This document shows positions 50,590 to 64,000 of a DNA stretch of 64,000 bases, piece after piece. The stretch's first letter is position 1; each line of letters starts with the position of its first letter. Source of the DNA: Torpedo marmorata (taxonomy: Eukaryota); NCBI GenBank assembly GCA_977017645.1, contig OZ360240.1, positions 6,014,001 to 6,078,000 of the forward strand. Direction: 5' to 3'. The notes below the pieces were generated by a model. The model was not told the DNA's origin, did no database searches, and saw nothing but the letters and a program-made list of their open reading frames with translations. Both the position numbers and the translations under genes were made by a program.

Positions 50590-51969
50590 GGCCAAGCTGC
50601 TGGAATCTCAGCCAAAAATCAAACTACATTTCTTGTTCGCACAGATCTGCGACTTCCTACAACCTCAAACATATTAAACTATCCAGAGGTTTAAAGTTCT
50701 TTCTTTAAAAAGAGTTAACTATCACCCTGGTCACAACTTCTTTTAACTGTTACCTTCAGACAGAAGGTAGAGAAGCTCAAACCAGCACCTCTCGAGGTTC
50801 AAGAACAGTTTCTTTCCAACAGCTATAAGGCTCTTGTTATGGATTGCTCTGCCACCACACAAGTGTATTGCTGCAAGTATAAATGCGACACTGTTCGCCT
50901 TCTATCAATACTCATTTTAACAACTCCATTTGGTCTATTCAAGGATAAATCTAGATCCTTAAAGTGATGTGCCTTTCAACGATTTGCATGGATTGTAAGT
51001 TTGGAAAACTGTCAAATGTTAATACATCACAGGCCCATAACGGTTATATATCTTTACCTCCTATAGAAGCAGCGAGACCTGCTGAGTTCCTCCAGCATTT
51101 CAGTGTTTTTACCCTAAGAATAGGGGCCTTGATTTTCTTAAAATACTAAGATACAACAGCTGCAAACAAAATGAATGAAAGATTTTGGATTTTTTCTCCA
51201 GAATCAAAGCAACATGGATTGTCACAATCTGGCGCCGGGTCCAGATGTCTCTGTTAATGTAGCCTATGTGACTATGAGACATATCAATCTGGAATCTCCT
51301 CATAATTTCCATGTCTAGACTCCTGTTTAACACCATATTGCATTTTTCACATCATTGTTCTACAGTAAACAAAGCACTTCCTTTTTTCTCCTCCCACTTC
51401 CTCTCTGTTAGTTACAACAAAATTAAAATGCTGTTAGGATGCTGGCATGTAGTTTTATGTTTTTGCATTTCCCAAACTTTTTCCTTTCATGGCTTCAAGC
51501 CACTTTATATCAACTTACACAGACTCAGCCCTGCATATTATGACTGCAATAAAGTTAGCATAAAGACTCAGATATAAAATAGGCAGCCAAAATATCCTTC
51601 ATTCAACAGCAAAGACAAATGATTTCCACACCCATTTAAAGATTTACAACAGAACACATTGGAATGCTTGGTTTATGTAATATTTAATTAAAATGGAATG
51701 GATCGTTGTTATATTTTGCATCTGGCGAAAGTGTTTTCAAAATCATAGCTTGCCAATCTTTGAAAGACCATCTATCAAAGTCTGGGCTACATGTCTGTGC
51801 ACCAGATAAAGCAGCCAAGAATGGAAATGAAGGGCTGAACCACACAGTGCATTTGATAGTTGACAGCAGAATATTTTCATATGTTATGGATCTTAAACTG
51901 AAGGGAAAGGTTGGGGAGGGGTAAATGAGTAGAATAGAGAAATAAAAATGTATACACAGAATTATAAAG

Positions 51970-52420
51970 TGTACAGCATAGAAACAGGACAACTACCAAT
52001 AATAATGCTCATCTATATTAATCCCACTTGCAATACAAATTCCCCATCTGTCTATGCCTTCCTCCTCATTTAAATACCTGCCCAGATGCCTCTTAAATAT
52101 TGTTACTGTACCTCCTCTGGCATCTCATTCCAGTTACCAATTACTGTTTGAGAAACTTAACCCTTCAAATACCCTTTTCCCTCTCACCTTAAACCTAAAC
52201 CTTCCAGTGTAAGACACATTGGGAAACAAGCACTGGCTATCTACCCTGTTGATACCTCTCAATTTGCTACCACTCTGTCATGTCACGTCTTGGAAGATTC
52301 TCAGATAATCTTCTTCACTGACCACTCTCCCACCAGTTTTGGTGTTATCTGCAAACTTACTAATCATGCCACCTATATTCTCATCCATATCACATTAGAA
52401 AAGACCAAACCCCGATCCTT
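51970..52420 (-). mobile_element. Old CR1 3' fragments
   Basis: tacagcatagaaacagg tail; ggtgttatctgcaaactt corresponds to KFADNT on the minus strand. Confidence 0.55.
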
Positions 52421-52799
52421 ACAGTGCAGAACTAGTCCTAGGAAATAGTGGACGAGATTGTCTAGATCTGATTAGGACTAAAATGAGTACTCATCGTAAG
52501 TGGAAATTACAATAAATTTCAAGGGCCAATCTGAATTTACCTGAAGCAGTCATGAAATATGGATAAGAAGTTTCAATCAAAGATGCAATAAACAATCCCC
52601 TCATTTGTGCTGATCCTTGTTTCTTCAAATCCATTGGGTTATCCTCACTATCACGACAGATATCTGAACTCCGAAAAGATTTTCATACATTTCTGTAGTT
52701 TTGTTGATTTGTGGGATGCAACATCCATAAAAGTTTGTATCTGTAGAATAGCTGAGCTGAAGGGCCTGTTCCTATGCTATTCCAAAAAAATTTCATTGA

Positions 52800-54470
52800 G
52801 CACAGCCTACAAAGCAAGGGCGAACACCATAGATGGCTGTGATGCTTCATTACCCGATGAGTTGAATTATGCCCGCTTTGAGAAGGAGAACAAAACAGTG
52901 CCTACTAGAATCCCTGCAAAGGCTGAGGACTCTGTGATATCTGTCTCTGAGGACGACGTCAGAACATCATTCAAGTGGGTGAACCCTCGCAAGGTGTCAG
53001 GCCCTGACGGCGTACCTGGCAGGGTAGTGAAAATCTGCGGCAACCTACTATCCGGAGTGTTCACGGACATTTTCAACCTCTCATTGCTGCAGACAGAGGT
53101 TCCCACCTGCTTCAAAAGGGCATCAATCATCCCGGTGCCCAAGAAGAGCAGTGTGAGCTGCCTCAATGGCTATCACACAGTAGCACTAACTTCTACTGTG
53201 ATGAAATGCTTTGAGAGGCTGGTCATGGCCAGAATTAACACGTACCTAAGCAAAGGTCTGGACCCACTGCAATTCGCCTATCGTCACAATCGCTCCACAG
53301 CAGACGCAAAATCGCTGGCTCTCCACTCAGCTCTGGATCACCTCGAAAACAGCAACTCATACATACGGCTGCTCTTCATCGACTACAGCTCAGCCTTCAA
53401 CACCATTATTCCCTCAGTGCTGGTCAAGAAGCTACAGACTCTGGGCCTCTGCACGCCCCTCTGCAACTGGATCCTTGACTTCCTCATCGGAAGACCACAG
53501 TCAGTACGAATTGGGAACAACGTCTCCTCCTCACTGATTATCAACACAGGCGCACCTCAAGGATGCGTGCTTAGCCCTCTGCTCTACTCATTAGATACCC
53601 ATGACTGTGTGGCCAGGCACTATTCCAATGCTATCTACAAATTTGCCGATGACACCACAGTTGTCAGCAGAATCACAAACGGCAATGAGGAAGCATACAG
53701 GAGGGAGATAGATCAGCTCGTTGAGTGGTGTCATGCCAACAATCTTGCGCTCAACGTTAGCAAAAGCAAGGAGATGATTGTGGACTTCAGGAGGAAGTCA
53801 GGGGAACACGACCCAGTCCTCATCGAGGGCTCAATAGTGGAGAGGGTCAAGAATTTCAAATTTCTGGGTGTTAACATCTCCGAGGATCTGTCCTGGAGCC
53901 TCCATGTCGATGCAATCACGAAGAAGGCTCGCCAGCGGCTACAGTATACTTTGTGAGGTGTTTGAGGAAATTCGGTATGTCACCGAAGACTCGAAAACTT
54001 CTACAGGTGTACTGTGGAGAGCATTCTGGCTGGCTGCATCACTGTCTGGTATGGAGGTGCCAACTCTCACGACAAGAATAAACTCCAGAGGGTTGTTAAC
54101 TCAGCCTGCGACATCACAGGCACCAGCCTTCACTCCATCGAGGACATCGACAAGAGGTGGTGTCTTAATAAAGCAGGCTCTATCCTCAAAGACCCCCACC
54201 ACCCAAGCCATGCCCTCTTCACTCTGCTACCATTGGGAAAAAGTTACAGGAGCCTAAAGATGAGCACTCAGCGGCACAAGGACAGCTTCTTCCCCGCTGC
54301 CATCAGATTCCTGAATAATCAATGAACCAAAGACACTGCCTTACTTTTCATGCACAATTTATTTTTTATTTATTGTTGTAAAAGAGGTTATATGAATGTT
54401 TGCACTATGATGCTGCCGCAAAACACCAAATTTTGTGATTTGTTCATGCAATAAATTCTAATTCTGATTC
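52800..54470 (+). mobile_element. Rex1/Babar LINE, 5'-truncated
   Basis: RT in ORF 52607..53956, frameshift at ~53945, ATTCTG tail. Confidence 0.94.
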
Positions 54471-55493
54471 CTTTCTTGTTCTTCCTAAACTCAGTTTAAT
54501 TACGTATTCTAAACATTTTTCTTCTCATCCTGACCTAGCCCATTGTTCAAACCTTTAAGTAACATTTTGAAAACATACTATCTGATTATTACAATACACA
54601 AAAGTGCTAGAGGAACTCAGTAGGTCATGTAGCACCCATGAAAAGCAAGAGGCAGTCAACAATTCGAACCAGAACCCTTCATAAGGAATGATAGCTCATC
54701 ATTATTTGCAAAAGCTTGTTATGTGCACATTACCGACCCATCTCAAAAATGGTCTGTATAACACACTCAGTTTTGTTGAAGTCCTAATAAATTCTGTATA
54801 ATTACAAGTATCTCTTGCTATGTTCTTTTTTCATCATGGTTTTGAATAGAAGCAACACTTCCAATTCCAGAATCAAAATTCATTTTCTCCTTCCTAGTGT
54901 GAAGCTCCATGTCATCCAATTATCATTTCCTAATTTATGTTACCCTTTATCACTGTACATTTGCCATCTCATCATTGTAGGAATAATGAAATGCCATTTG
55001 GTTACAAAATAAATCAACCAAAGTGAAACATTATAAATATATCATTCCACATTCAGGCTGCACATCCCTCCAAGTAACTCAGTGAAGAGCAAAGTACAAA
55101 CTAGGCATTCGTATCATTACTGATTCTTCAAGAGTAAACTAACTGTATGTGCATATGATAGCATCTACAAAATTCATGAAATCACTAGTTCAACAACACT
55201 TTCTGTCGACCAATTTAACAATACACACCCTTAGTAGATGAGAAGGATTTTAAAGGCGACAAGTGACAGATCGAGGCCAATACAAGTAGTTATGTTGTGT
55301 GTTTTCCTACTATATACTGTGCAGAAAACCTTAAATTAAGATTCAACTTGGGTATTACACTGTGAATTATTTGCGATACAAGGTTTTTTTTTTTATAAAT
55401 GATGTCAGTAAAGTTCAGAATAAGACAATAGGCCTTTTCACATTGGCAACCCACTAAATTGGCATGTGAACGACCCATTTTGAAATACCATTA

Positions 55494-55640
55494 GGGCCGT
55501 TCACACTGGACCAAGAAAACCCGGTTCCGTGCGCCCTTTCACATTGCCTACCCGTATCGCGGAGCAAAGGGGGGCCCAGCTCCAGCGGTGACGTCCTGAG
55601 TGACGTATTACGCACTTGCAGGCAGTGAATGCTTTGTTCT
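55494..55640. mobile_element. Possible PIF/Harbinger MITE end
   Basis: TTA-GGGCCGTTCACACTG and repeated ttcacattg; no partner end found. Confidence 0.35.
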
Positions 55641-57921
55641 ATACACCTCACTCCAGCCTCTCACTCTCTGGTATGTTCCCACACCTCACCCCAGCCCCTC
55701 ACTCTCCGGGTGGGGGGGATGCGTGTGTGGGGGTAAAAAATATGGGCACACATATGTCCCTACACACAACCCCACATATGCACCCCCCCCCACATCCAAC
55801 AGCAGGAGGATAATGGAGCAGATAAAATCATTGAAGAAAATAAGAAACAATAAAGATGACTGAATCTCAAATTTAGTTGGGTGCATTCTTGCCGCAAGCT
55901 AAAACAGAACTTTTGAAGTATACTTTATAACCATATAACCATATAACTACAGCACGGAAACAGGCCAGTTCGGCCCTTCTAGTCCGCACCGATCCAAGTA
56001 CCCTCCTCTAATCCCACCTACCAGCACCCTTCCCATATCCCTCCATTCCCCTCCCATCCATATACCTATCCAATTTTTCCTTAAATGACAGAATTGACTC
56101 TGCCTCCACCACCTCTCCCGGAAGCCCATTCCACATATCAACCACTCTCTGAGTAAAGAAGTTCCCCCTCATGTTACTCCTGAACCTTTTCCCGTCAACT
56201 CTCAACCCATGACCTCTTGTATCCATCTCTCCTACTCTCAATGGAAAAAGTCTATCCACATCAACTCTATCTATCCCCCTCATAATCTGAAATACCTCTA
56301 TCAAATCTCCTCTCAGCCTACTATGTTCCAAGGAATAAAGACCTAATTTGTTCAATCTTTCTTTGTATTCCAGATGCTGAAACCCAGGCAACATTCTTGT
56401 AACTCTTCTCTGCACTCTCTCTATTTTGTTGATATCCTTCCTATAATTCGGTGACCAGAACTCCACACAGTACTCCAAATTTGGTCTCACCAATGCCTTG
56501 TACAGTTTCATCATCACTTCCCAACTCCTATATTCTATGCATTGATTTATATAGGCAAGCAGACTAAAGGCCTTCTTCACCACATGCGATCCTACCTTTA
56601 GGGAACAATGCACCGTTATTCCTTGATCTTTCTGCTCCACTGCATTCTTCAATGCCCTCCCATTTACTACGTATGTCTTGCTTTGATTATTCTTTCCAAA
56701 ATGAAGCACCTCACACTTATCAGCATTAAACTCCATCTGCCATCTTTCAGCCCACTCCTCTAAGCAGTTCAAATCCCTCTGCAATCTTTGAAAACCCTCT
56801 TCATCATCCACAATTACCCTATTTTAGTATCATCTGCATATTTACTAATCCAATTTACTGCTCCATCTTCCAGATCATTAATGTATACAAACATCAATGG
56901 TCCCAATACCGAACCCTGAGGCACACCGCTTGTCACCGGCTTCCATCCTGACAAACAATTATCCACTACTACTCTCTGGCACCTTCCTTCCAGCCACTGT
57001 TGAATCCAATTGACTATCTCCAAATTAATACCTAACGACTGAGCCTTCCTAACTAACCTCCCATGCGGAACCTTATCGAAGGCCTTACTGAAATCCATAT
57101 AGACAACATCCACTGCTCTATCTTCATCAACATTCCTAGTCACCTCTTCAAAAAATTCAACAAGATTGGTCAAACATGACCTTCCATGCACAAATCCGTG
57201 TTGAGTGTCCCTGATCAGACCCTGTCTCTCCAGATACTTATACACACTATCTCTAAGAACGCTTTCCATTAATTTACCCACCACAGACGTCAAACTTACA
57301 GGCCGATAATTGCTAGGCTTGCTCCTCGAATCCATTTTAAACAAAGGAACCACATGCGCAACACGCCAATCCTCTGGCACTATACCCATCTCTAATGACA
57401 TTTGAAAAATCCTTGCCAGAGCCTCCGCTATTTCCTCACTAACTTCTCTCAAGGTCCTGGGGAAAATCCTGTCAGGGCCTGGAGACTTATCCACCTTTAT
57501 ATGCTTCAAAAACTTCAGTACTTCCTCTTTCTTAATCACTATAGTCTCCATATATACCCTCTTTGCTTCCTTTACCCTGCACAGTTCAATATCCTTCTCC
57601 TCAGTAAATACTGAGGAAAAGAAATTATTCAAGATCTCCCTCATCTCTTTTAGCTCCACACACATTTGTCTGCTCCGATTCTCTATGGGACCAATTTTAT
57701 TCCTCACTTTCCTTTTGCTATTTACATATTTATAGAAACCCTTTGGATTTATTTTCACCCTACTTGCTATAGCCACCTCATACCTTCTTTTAGCTTTTCT
57801 AATTTCTTTATTAAGATTCTTTCTACTTTCAATATAGTGTCCGAACATCTCCTTTTTTCCCTGTTTCTTATATTTATTGTAGTCCTCCCTCTTTTTTCGA
57901 ACCAAATTTCCAACCTCCCTT

Positions 57922-60900
57922 TTTAAAAAAAAAAATTATTTTATTTAAACTTTTAAATCACAAAATACATAAAATAAAACATAAAATTGACAAAATACAT
58001 GTGATACATTTTCACCCCCCCACCTCCCTCCCCTCCCTAACCCCCCCATCCCCACTAATCTAGTAATATAGAATAAAAGTAAAAATAAAAATAGAAAAAA
58101 GAAAGGAAAAGATAGAATAAGGAGAATATCATCTATAAACTAATTCTATTACGGAGGTCAAGTATGCCAGTAGATCCGATATCTAGAGATCTTCAAATCC
58201 CTAAACCCACAGCTCTCATATATGGGCTCCAAATTTTCAAAAAGAAATGATATTTATTACATAAATTATAAGTAATTTTTTCCAGTGGTATACACGAACG
58301 AAGCTCTGCATGCCATCTTTCTAATCCTAAATCTAAATCAGATTTCCAAGTAATAGCAATGCATTTTTTTCGAAACCGCTAAAGCAATTCGTAAAAATTC
58401 TACTTGAAACATATTTAATTTCTTTTTAATACTAAATTTTCTAATATCTCCAAATAAAAATAACATAGGATCCATTGGAAATGTAATATTAAATATTTTA
58501 TCTAAAAATTTTTTAACTTTCAACCAAAAATCTTGAATCTTTGGACAAAACCATGTAGAATGAACAAAAGAACCTTCCTCATTATTGCATCTAAAACATA
58601 ATCCTGATAATGTCGGATTAAATTTCTTTAATTTTTTAGGTGTTAAATATAATTGATGAAAGAAATTATATTGTACTAATCTATATCTAACATTAATAAT
58701 TTTCGTCATACTTAACTTACATAAATCTTTCCAATGATTTTCATCTATATTTACATTTAAATCTAATTCCCATTTTAATCTTGATTTATGCAATCCTATT
58801 TTAGGCATTTTCCTCTGAAACAATTTATACATTTGAGAAATAAATTTATTAACTTCTCCATTAGTAACTAATAATTCTAATTCATTCTGTCTTGGTAAAA
58901 TCAAAGCATGACCTAATTTCTCAGTTAAAAAAGCTTTAACTTGATAATAAGCTAGAAATGTATTATCTGATATATTAAATTTATCTTTCATTCTTGGAAA
59001 CGTAATAAATTTTCCAGCTTCAAAACAATCATTAATCTTCTTAATACCTTTTTGAAACCAAATTTTAAATAACTGATTATTAACAGTAAATGATATAAGT
59101 CCATTTTGATATAGTGGCATATTTGAAGAAATTAATCCTCTTCCACCTATCTCTTTATCCATCTTACCCCATATTTCTAACAAATGTTTAATAATCAGTG
59201 AATTTTTCTTTTTTACTGATATTAATTTAGAATCCCATTTATAAATAATCTCTTATTTAAAATTTTCTCCTATATTATTTAATTCTATTTTAATCCAAGC
59301 AGAAGTTTTATTTGAATCAAAAAATTCATTAACAAATTTTAATTGGGCTGCTTTATAATAATTTTGAAAATTAGGAAGTTGCAATCCACCCAACTCATAA
59401 TTCCAGGTTAACTTTTCCATGCTTACTCTTGCTAACTTTCCTTTCCATAAAAATTTCCTAATAATAAAATTTAAATCTTTAAAAATTTTTTGAGGAATTC
59501 CAAAAGGAATTGATTGAAAAAGATACTGAACTCTTGGAAAAATATTCATTTTAATACAATTTACCCTTCCCATTAAAGTTATGGGTAAATCTTTCCAATT
59601 CTCTAAATCTTTCTTTATTTTCACAAATAATGGTAGATAGTTTAATTTATATAAATTTTCCAATTTTGTATCAACCTTAACCCCCAAATATTTAATTCCT
59701 TCTTTAGCCCATTTAAATTGTGTAATTTCTTTACATCTAGTATAATCACCTTGAGATAAAGCCATTATTTCACTCTTATATGAATTAATTTTATATCCAG
59801 ATATTTCACCATATTCTCTTAATATAATAGATAATTGTTGAAGTGATATTATAGATTTTGTCATATATATCAATACATCATCTGCAAACAAACTAATCTT
59901 ATGTTCTTCCGTACCAACTTTAATACCCACTATTTTAGGATCTTTTCTAACTAATTCAGCCAAGGGTTCTATCGCCAAAACAAATAAAGCTGGTGACAGG
60001 GGACATCCCTGTCTCGTAGAACGTGTCAAAGAAAATTTTGGCGATATTTGTCCATTTGTAATTACTTTAGCTGATGGTTCTTTATATATAGTTTTAATCC
60101 AATTTATGAATGTATTTCCAAAACCAAATTTTTCTAATACCTTAAATAAAAAATTCCATTCTAATCTATCAAAAGCCTTTTTAGCGTCTAATGTTACAAC
60201 TAATGGTAAATCTTGTTTCTTTTTATGCAAACTAATTAAACTAATTAATCTAGCTATATTATCCTTTGAATATCTATTTTTAATAAAACCAGCTTGATCT
60301 AGATGTACCAAATCTGGCAAATATTTAGCCATTCTATTTGCTAAAATTTTTGCCATTATTTTATAATCTACATTTAATAATGAAATAGGTCTATATGATT
60401 CGGTTTTTAATACATCTCTATCCTTTTTTGGTATAACTGTAATTATAGCATTTTAAAATGTTTTCGGTAATGAATGAGTTTCCGTAATTTGATCTAATAT
60501 TTCCATATATGGAGGTATCAATAAGTCTTTAAATTCTTTATAAAATTCTGATGAAAACCCATCATCACCCGGAGATTTACCACTCTTCAACGAAGAAAAA
60601 ACTTCACTAACTTCTCTCATTGTAAAAGGTAAATCTAAAGAATCTCTACTCCGGATATTCAATTTAGGTAATGTGATTTTAGATAAGAATCTATTAATTT
60701 TAGAATCATCTTGATCAATCTGCGATCTATATAAATTCTGATAATAGTCTTTAAAAGATTAATTTATCTCTTGAGGTTTATAAGTTATTTCTCCAGTATT
60801 TTTCTTCCTTATAGCATTTATAGTTTTAGAAACTTGTTCCTTTTTCAATTGCCATGCCAAAACCTTATGTGCTCTTTCTCCTAATTCATAATATCTTTGT

Positions 60901-61164
60901 TTAGTTTTCTCAATTAATTTTTCCATTCTATATGTTTGCAACAAATTATAATGTACTTTCTTCCCTATTAAACGATTTCTTTTTTGAATTGATCTATTTC
61001 TCTGTAAATCTTTCTCCATAAGTTCAATTTCCTTCTCCAATTTTTCTGATTCCCTAAAATAATCTTTCTTAATTTTAACTGAATAACTTATTATTAAGCC
61101 CCTTAAATAAGCTTTTAAAGCTTCCCAAACTATAAATTTATCATTAGTAGAGTTAACATTTATT
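57922..61164 (-). mobile_element. L1-like LINE ORF2 (RT), 5'-truncated, inserted in CR1
   Basis: 17-bp TSD AATTTCCAAYCTCCCTT (57905..57921, 61165..61181; one mismatch); KSPGDDG, LDAKKAFD, RQGCPLSP, LFADD. Confidence 0.95.
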
Positions 61165-62277
61165 AATTTCCAATCTCCCTTGAGAACCATGGCTCTCTCA
61201 AACTTTTGACCTTACCTTTCAACCTAACAGGTATATAAAGATTTTGTACTCTTAAAATCTCTCCTTTAAAAGACCTCCATTTCTCATCTACATCCTGTCC
61301 AGAAAACAAATTGTCCCCATCCACCCCTTGTAAATCCTTTCGCATCTCCTCAAACCTCGCTTTTCCCCACTCGAAAACCTCAACTCTGGGCCCTGACCTA
61401 TCCTTTTCCATAATTATATCGAATCTAATGGCACTATGATCACTGCACCCGAAGTGCTCCCCAACACACACCTCTGTCACCTGACCTATCTCATTTCCCA
61501 ACAGTCAATCCAACCCAGCTCCCTCTCTAGTTGGTACCTCCACATATTGCTGTAAAAAGCTATCCTGCACACATTTTACAAACTCTAAACCATCCAGCCC
61601 TTTCACGGAATGGGTTTCCCAATCAATATTGGGAGAATTAAAGTCCCCCACAATCACTACCCTGTGCTTATTACAAATATCTGCTATCTCCCTACTAATT
61701 TGCTCCTCTAGTTCGCGTTCCCCATTTGGTGGTCTATGGTACACCCCTATAAGTGTAACTTCCCCTTTCTCATTCCTCAACTCCACGCAAATAGCCTCCC
61801 TGGACGAGCCTTCTATACTGTCATTCCTACGCACAGCTGTGATATTTTCTCTTACAAGTAATGCAACTCCACCCCCTCTTGCCCCTCCGGTTCTATCACA
61901 CCTAAAGCAACGGAATCCAGGAATATTGAGCTGCCAGTCACATCCCTCCTGTAATCATGTTTCACTAATCGCCACTACGTCATACTTCCAAGTGTCAATC
62001 CATACCTTCAGCTCATCCACCTTCCTTACAATGCTCCTAGCATTAAAATATATGCATTTTAGAGATTTCCCACTTTTTACTTCCTGTATGGCCCTATCTT
62101 TACCAACAGCTCTATTATGCTTTTTTGCAATCGACTTCCTTCCATCCACATATAGAGCATCCCCCTTTACTATCTCCTGCCTTTCCCCCCTTGAACATTG
62201 TCAACAAGCTTTCACTGATTGCACTCTAACCTTCTCCTTGCAGTTCTCTTTCATTTGGTTCCCTCCCCCCAGCCATT

Positions 62278-63246
62278 CTAGTTTAAAGTCTCCTGAGTAA
62301 CCCTAGCAAATGTCCTCGCCAGAATCCTGGTCCCCCTGGGGTTCAAATGCAACCCGTCCTTTCTGTACAGGTCACACCTACCCCAGAAATGGTCCCAGTG
62401 ATCCACAAACTTGAATCCCTGCCCCTTGCTCCACCCCTTCAGCCACTCATTCATCCTCCACCTCATTCTATTCCTGCTCTCAGTGTCGCGTGGCACCGGC
62501 AGTAATCCCGAGATTACTCCCTTTGCGGTCCTTCTTTTTAACTCTCTACCTAACTCCCTATACTCACTTTTTAGGACCTCTTCTCCTTTCCTCCCTATGT
62601 CGTTGGTACCTACAGGTACCACGACCTCTGTCTCATCTCCCTCCCCCTTTAGGATGTCCTGGACTCGAGCAGCAATATCCCGGACCCTGGCACCAGGGAG
62701 GCAAACCACCATCCCGTTCTCCTTGCTCTGTCCACAGAATTCCCTATCTGTACTCCTGACTATTGAGTCCCCTATGACTATTGCCCTCCTCTTCCTTTCC
62801 CTACCCTTCTTCTGAGCCTCAGAGGCCGACCCAGTGCCTGAGGCACAGCAACTGACACTTTCCCCTGCTTGGCTGTCTCCCCCAACAGTACCCAAGGAGG
62901 AGTACCTGTTGTTGAGGGTTACAGCCACAGGGGTCCTCTCTACCACCTTACTCTTCCTCTTATCTCCCCAGACCGTGACCCACCTGTCCTCCTCCCGTGG
63001 CCTTGGTGTGACCACCTGGCTGTAACTTCTATCTATGATTATCTCGCTCTCCCTGTCATCGAGGTCATCGAGCTGCAGTTCCAGTTCCCTAACACGGTCC
63101 CTGAGGAGCTGCAGCTCAGCACACCTGGCGCAGATATGGACGTCCGGGAGGCTAGAAGACTCCATGACCTCCCACATCCAGCACTGAGAACAGAAAACTG
63201 CTGTCACACTCATCCCTACTCTCTCCCCTTCCTCAAATAAGTACAA
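62278..63246 (-). CDS. CR1 ORF1p (zinc finger, coiled coil, SGNH/GDSL esterase)
   Basis: CSQC..CARC, LRDRVRELELQL, VIGDSIVR, VGTND, DGLHLN. Confidence 0.9.
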   Translation of the reverse strand: MYLFEEGERVGMSVTAVFCSQCWMWEVMESSSLPDVHICARCAELQLLRDRVRELELQLDDLDDRESEIIIDRSYSQVVTPRPREEDRWVTVWGDKRKSKVVERTPVAVTLNNRYSSLGTVGGDSQAGESVSCCASGTGSASEAQKKGRERKRRAIVIGDSIVRSTDREFCGQSKENGMVVCLPGARVRDIAARVQDILKGEGDETEVVVPVGTNDIGRKGEEVLKSEYRELGRELKRRTAKGVISGLLPVPRDTESRNRMRWRMNEWLKGWSKGQGFKFVDHWDHFWGRCDLYRKDGLHLNPRGTRILARTFARVTQETLN

Positions 63247-63478
63247 AGGAATAAGGAAGCAATTAAACAGTCTTACCTTAAATTGACAAGCTTGACCTCA
63301 GCCTCTGCTCGCCAAAGCCTCTCGAGCCAAAGCCTCGGTGCCCCACTCCTTCCCTATGCCACTTACACACTGGGCCGCTCCCTCAACTTCCCTTCCTGTT
63401 ATAGGTCACTGTTAATTTACTCAAATACCCAATTTCTTACTACTACTGATCACCACTTAACCTAGCCCTTTGTCCTCC

Positions 63479-63632
63479 ACGCCCTTTTTAAACTAAATTC
63501 ACAATTCCAAATTACTCACCAAGCACCAGTCACCCCTCCCACTCCAACGCAACTGAACAGACCGAAGCCCGAAAAAGCGCCCTTTTTAAACTAAATTCAC
63601 AATTCCAAATTACTCACCAAGCACCAGTCACC
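63479..63632. repeat. ~55-bp direct repeat in the CR1 5' UTR
   Basis: cgccctttttaaactaaattcacaattccaaattactcaccaagcaccagtcacc occurs twice. Confidence 0.9.
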
Positions 63633-63835
63633 AGTCGCTCCTCCCACTTTAATTCAGTTGTTTAATTAAATTGTGCACGTATTTTCCCACACTCTTTTAT
63701 TTGTTCTTTTTATTCCCGCTACGATTTTCCCACGCTCCTTTATAAATTGTGTGCGTATGTTTTATTAAATTGTGGCGTATTTTCCCACGCTCTTTTATTC
63801 GCGTGTGTTTTATTCCTGCTACGATTTTCTGATAC

Positions 63836-63897
63836 TGGAGTAGGTTTATATAGGTCGGCATAACATCATGGGCTGAAGGGCTCATACTGTGCTGTAC
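63836..63897 (+). mobile_element. CR1/SINE 3' tail fragment
   Basis: ggtcggcataacatcatgggctgaagggctcatactgtgctgta. Confidence 0.6.
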
Positions 63898-64000
63898 ATA
63901 ATGCTTAATTATGTTTTAATTAAGCATGAATAATTTTGTTTAAATACAAGATCAAAATACATTGATCAGGATTGAGAATTTAGTAAATTGAATACAAAGT

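Larger units (their letters stand above)
55928..63646 (-). mobile_element. Near full-length CR1 LINE split by an L1-like insertion (55928..57921 and 61165..63646)
   Basis: 5' UTR, ORF1, APE (IYFNARS, AISET, VGDFN, SDH), RT (YMDFSKAFD, YADD) and an 8-bp tandem tail (taaccata)n. Confidence 0.95.

Noticed and set aside
52607-52800. N-terminus of the 449-aa ORF
   Set aside because: Flanking DNA upstream of a 5'-truncated LINE.

Overview
Vertebrate genomic DNA, most likely from a cartilaginous fish, judging by an HE1-type V-SINE and shark-like CR1, Penelope and Rex1 repeats. The only host coding sequence I can support is two minus-strand exons (5743..5781 and 3035..3143) of a SMURF E3 ligase C2 domain, SMURF1 favoured. 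Exon 1 is not in the window, so about 58 kb is a TE-saturated first intron. It holds Penelope elements with minimal hammerhead ribozymes, Rex1/Babar, CR1 and L1-like LINEs, two Gypsy and one BEL/Pao LTR elements, a fold-back Tc1, hAT/Tigger/Tc2 MITEs, and 5S-derived and V-SINEs, often nested. The most interesting observations: (1) the BEL/Pao element has no tRNA-type PBS, but its PBS position is complementary to a sequence inside its own LTR, suggesting Tf1-like self-priming; (2) its Gag starts with an SLTM/SAFB-like SAP domain; (3) dimer-type hammerheads in the Penelope ends; (4) several long inverted repeats, including a ~200-bp pair not explained by any TE I recognise. All assignments come from reading the sequence; no database searches were run, and boundaries of decayed elements are approximate.
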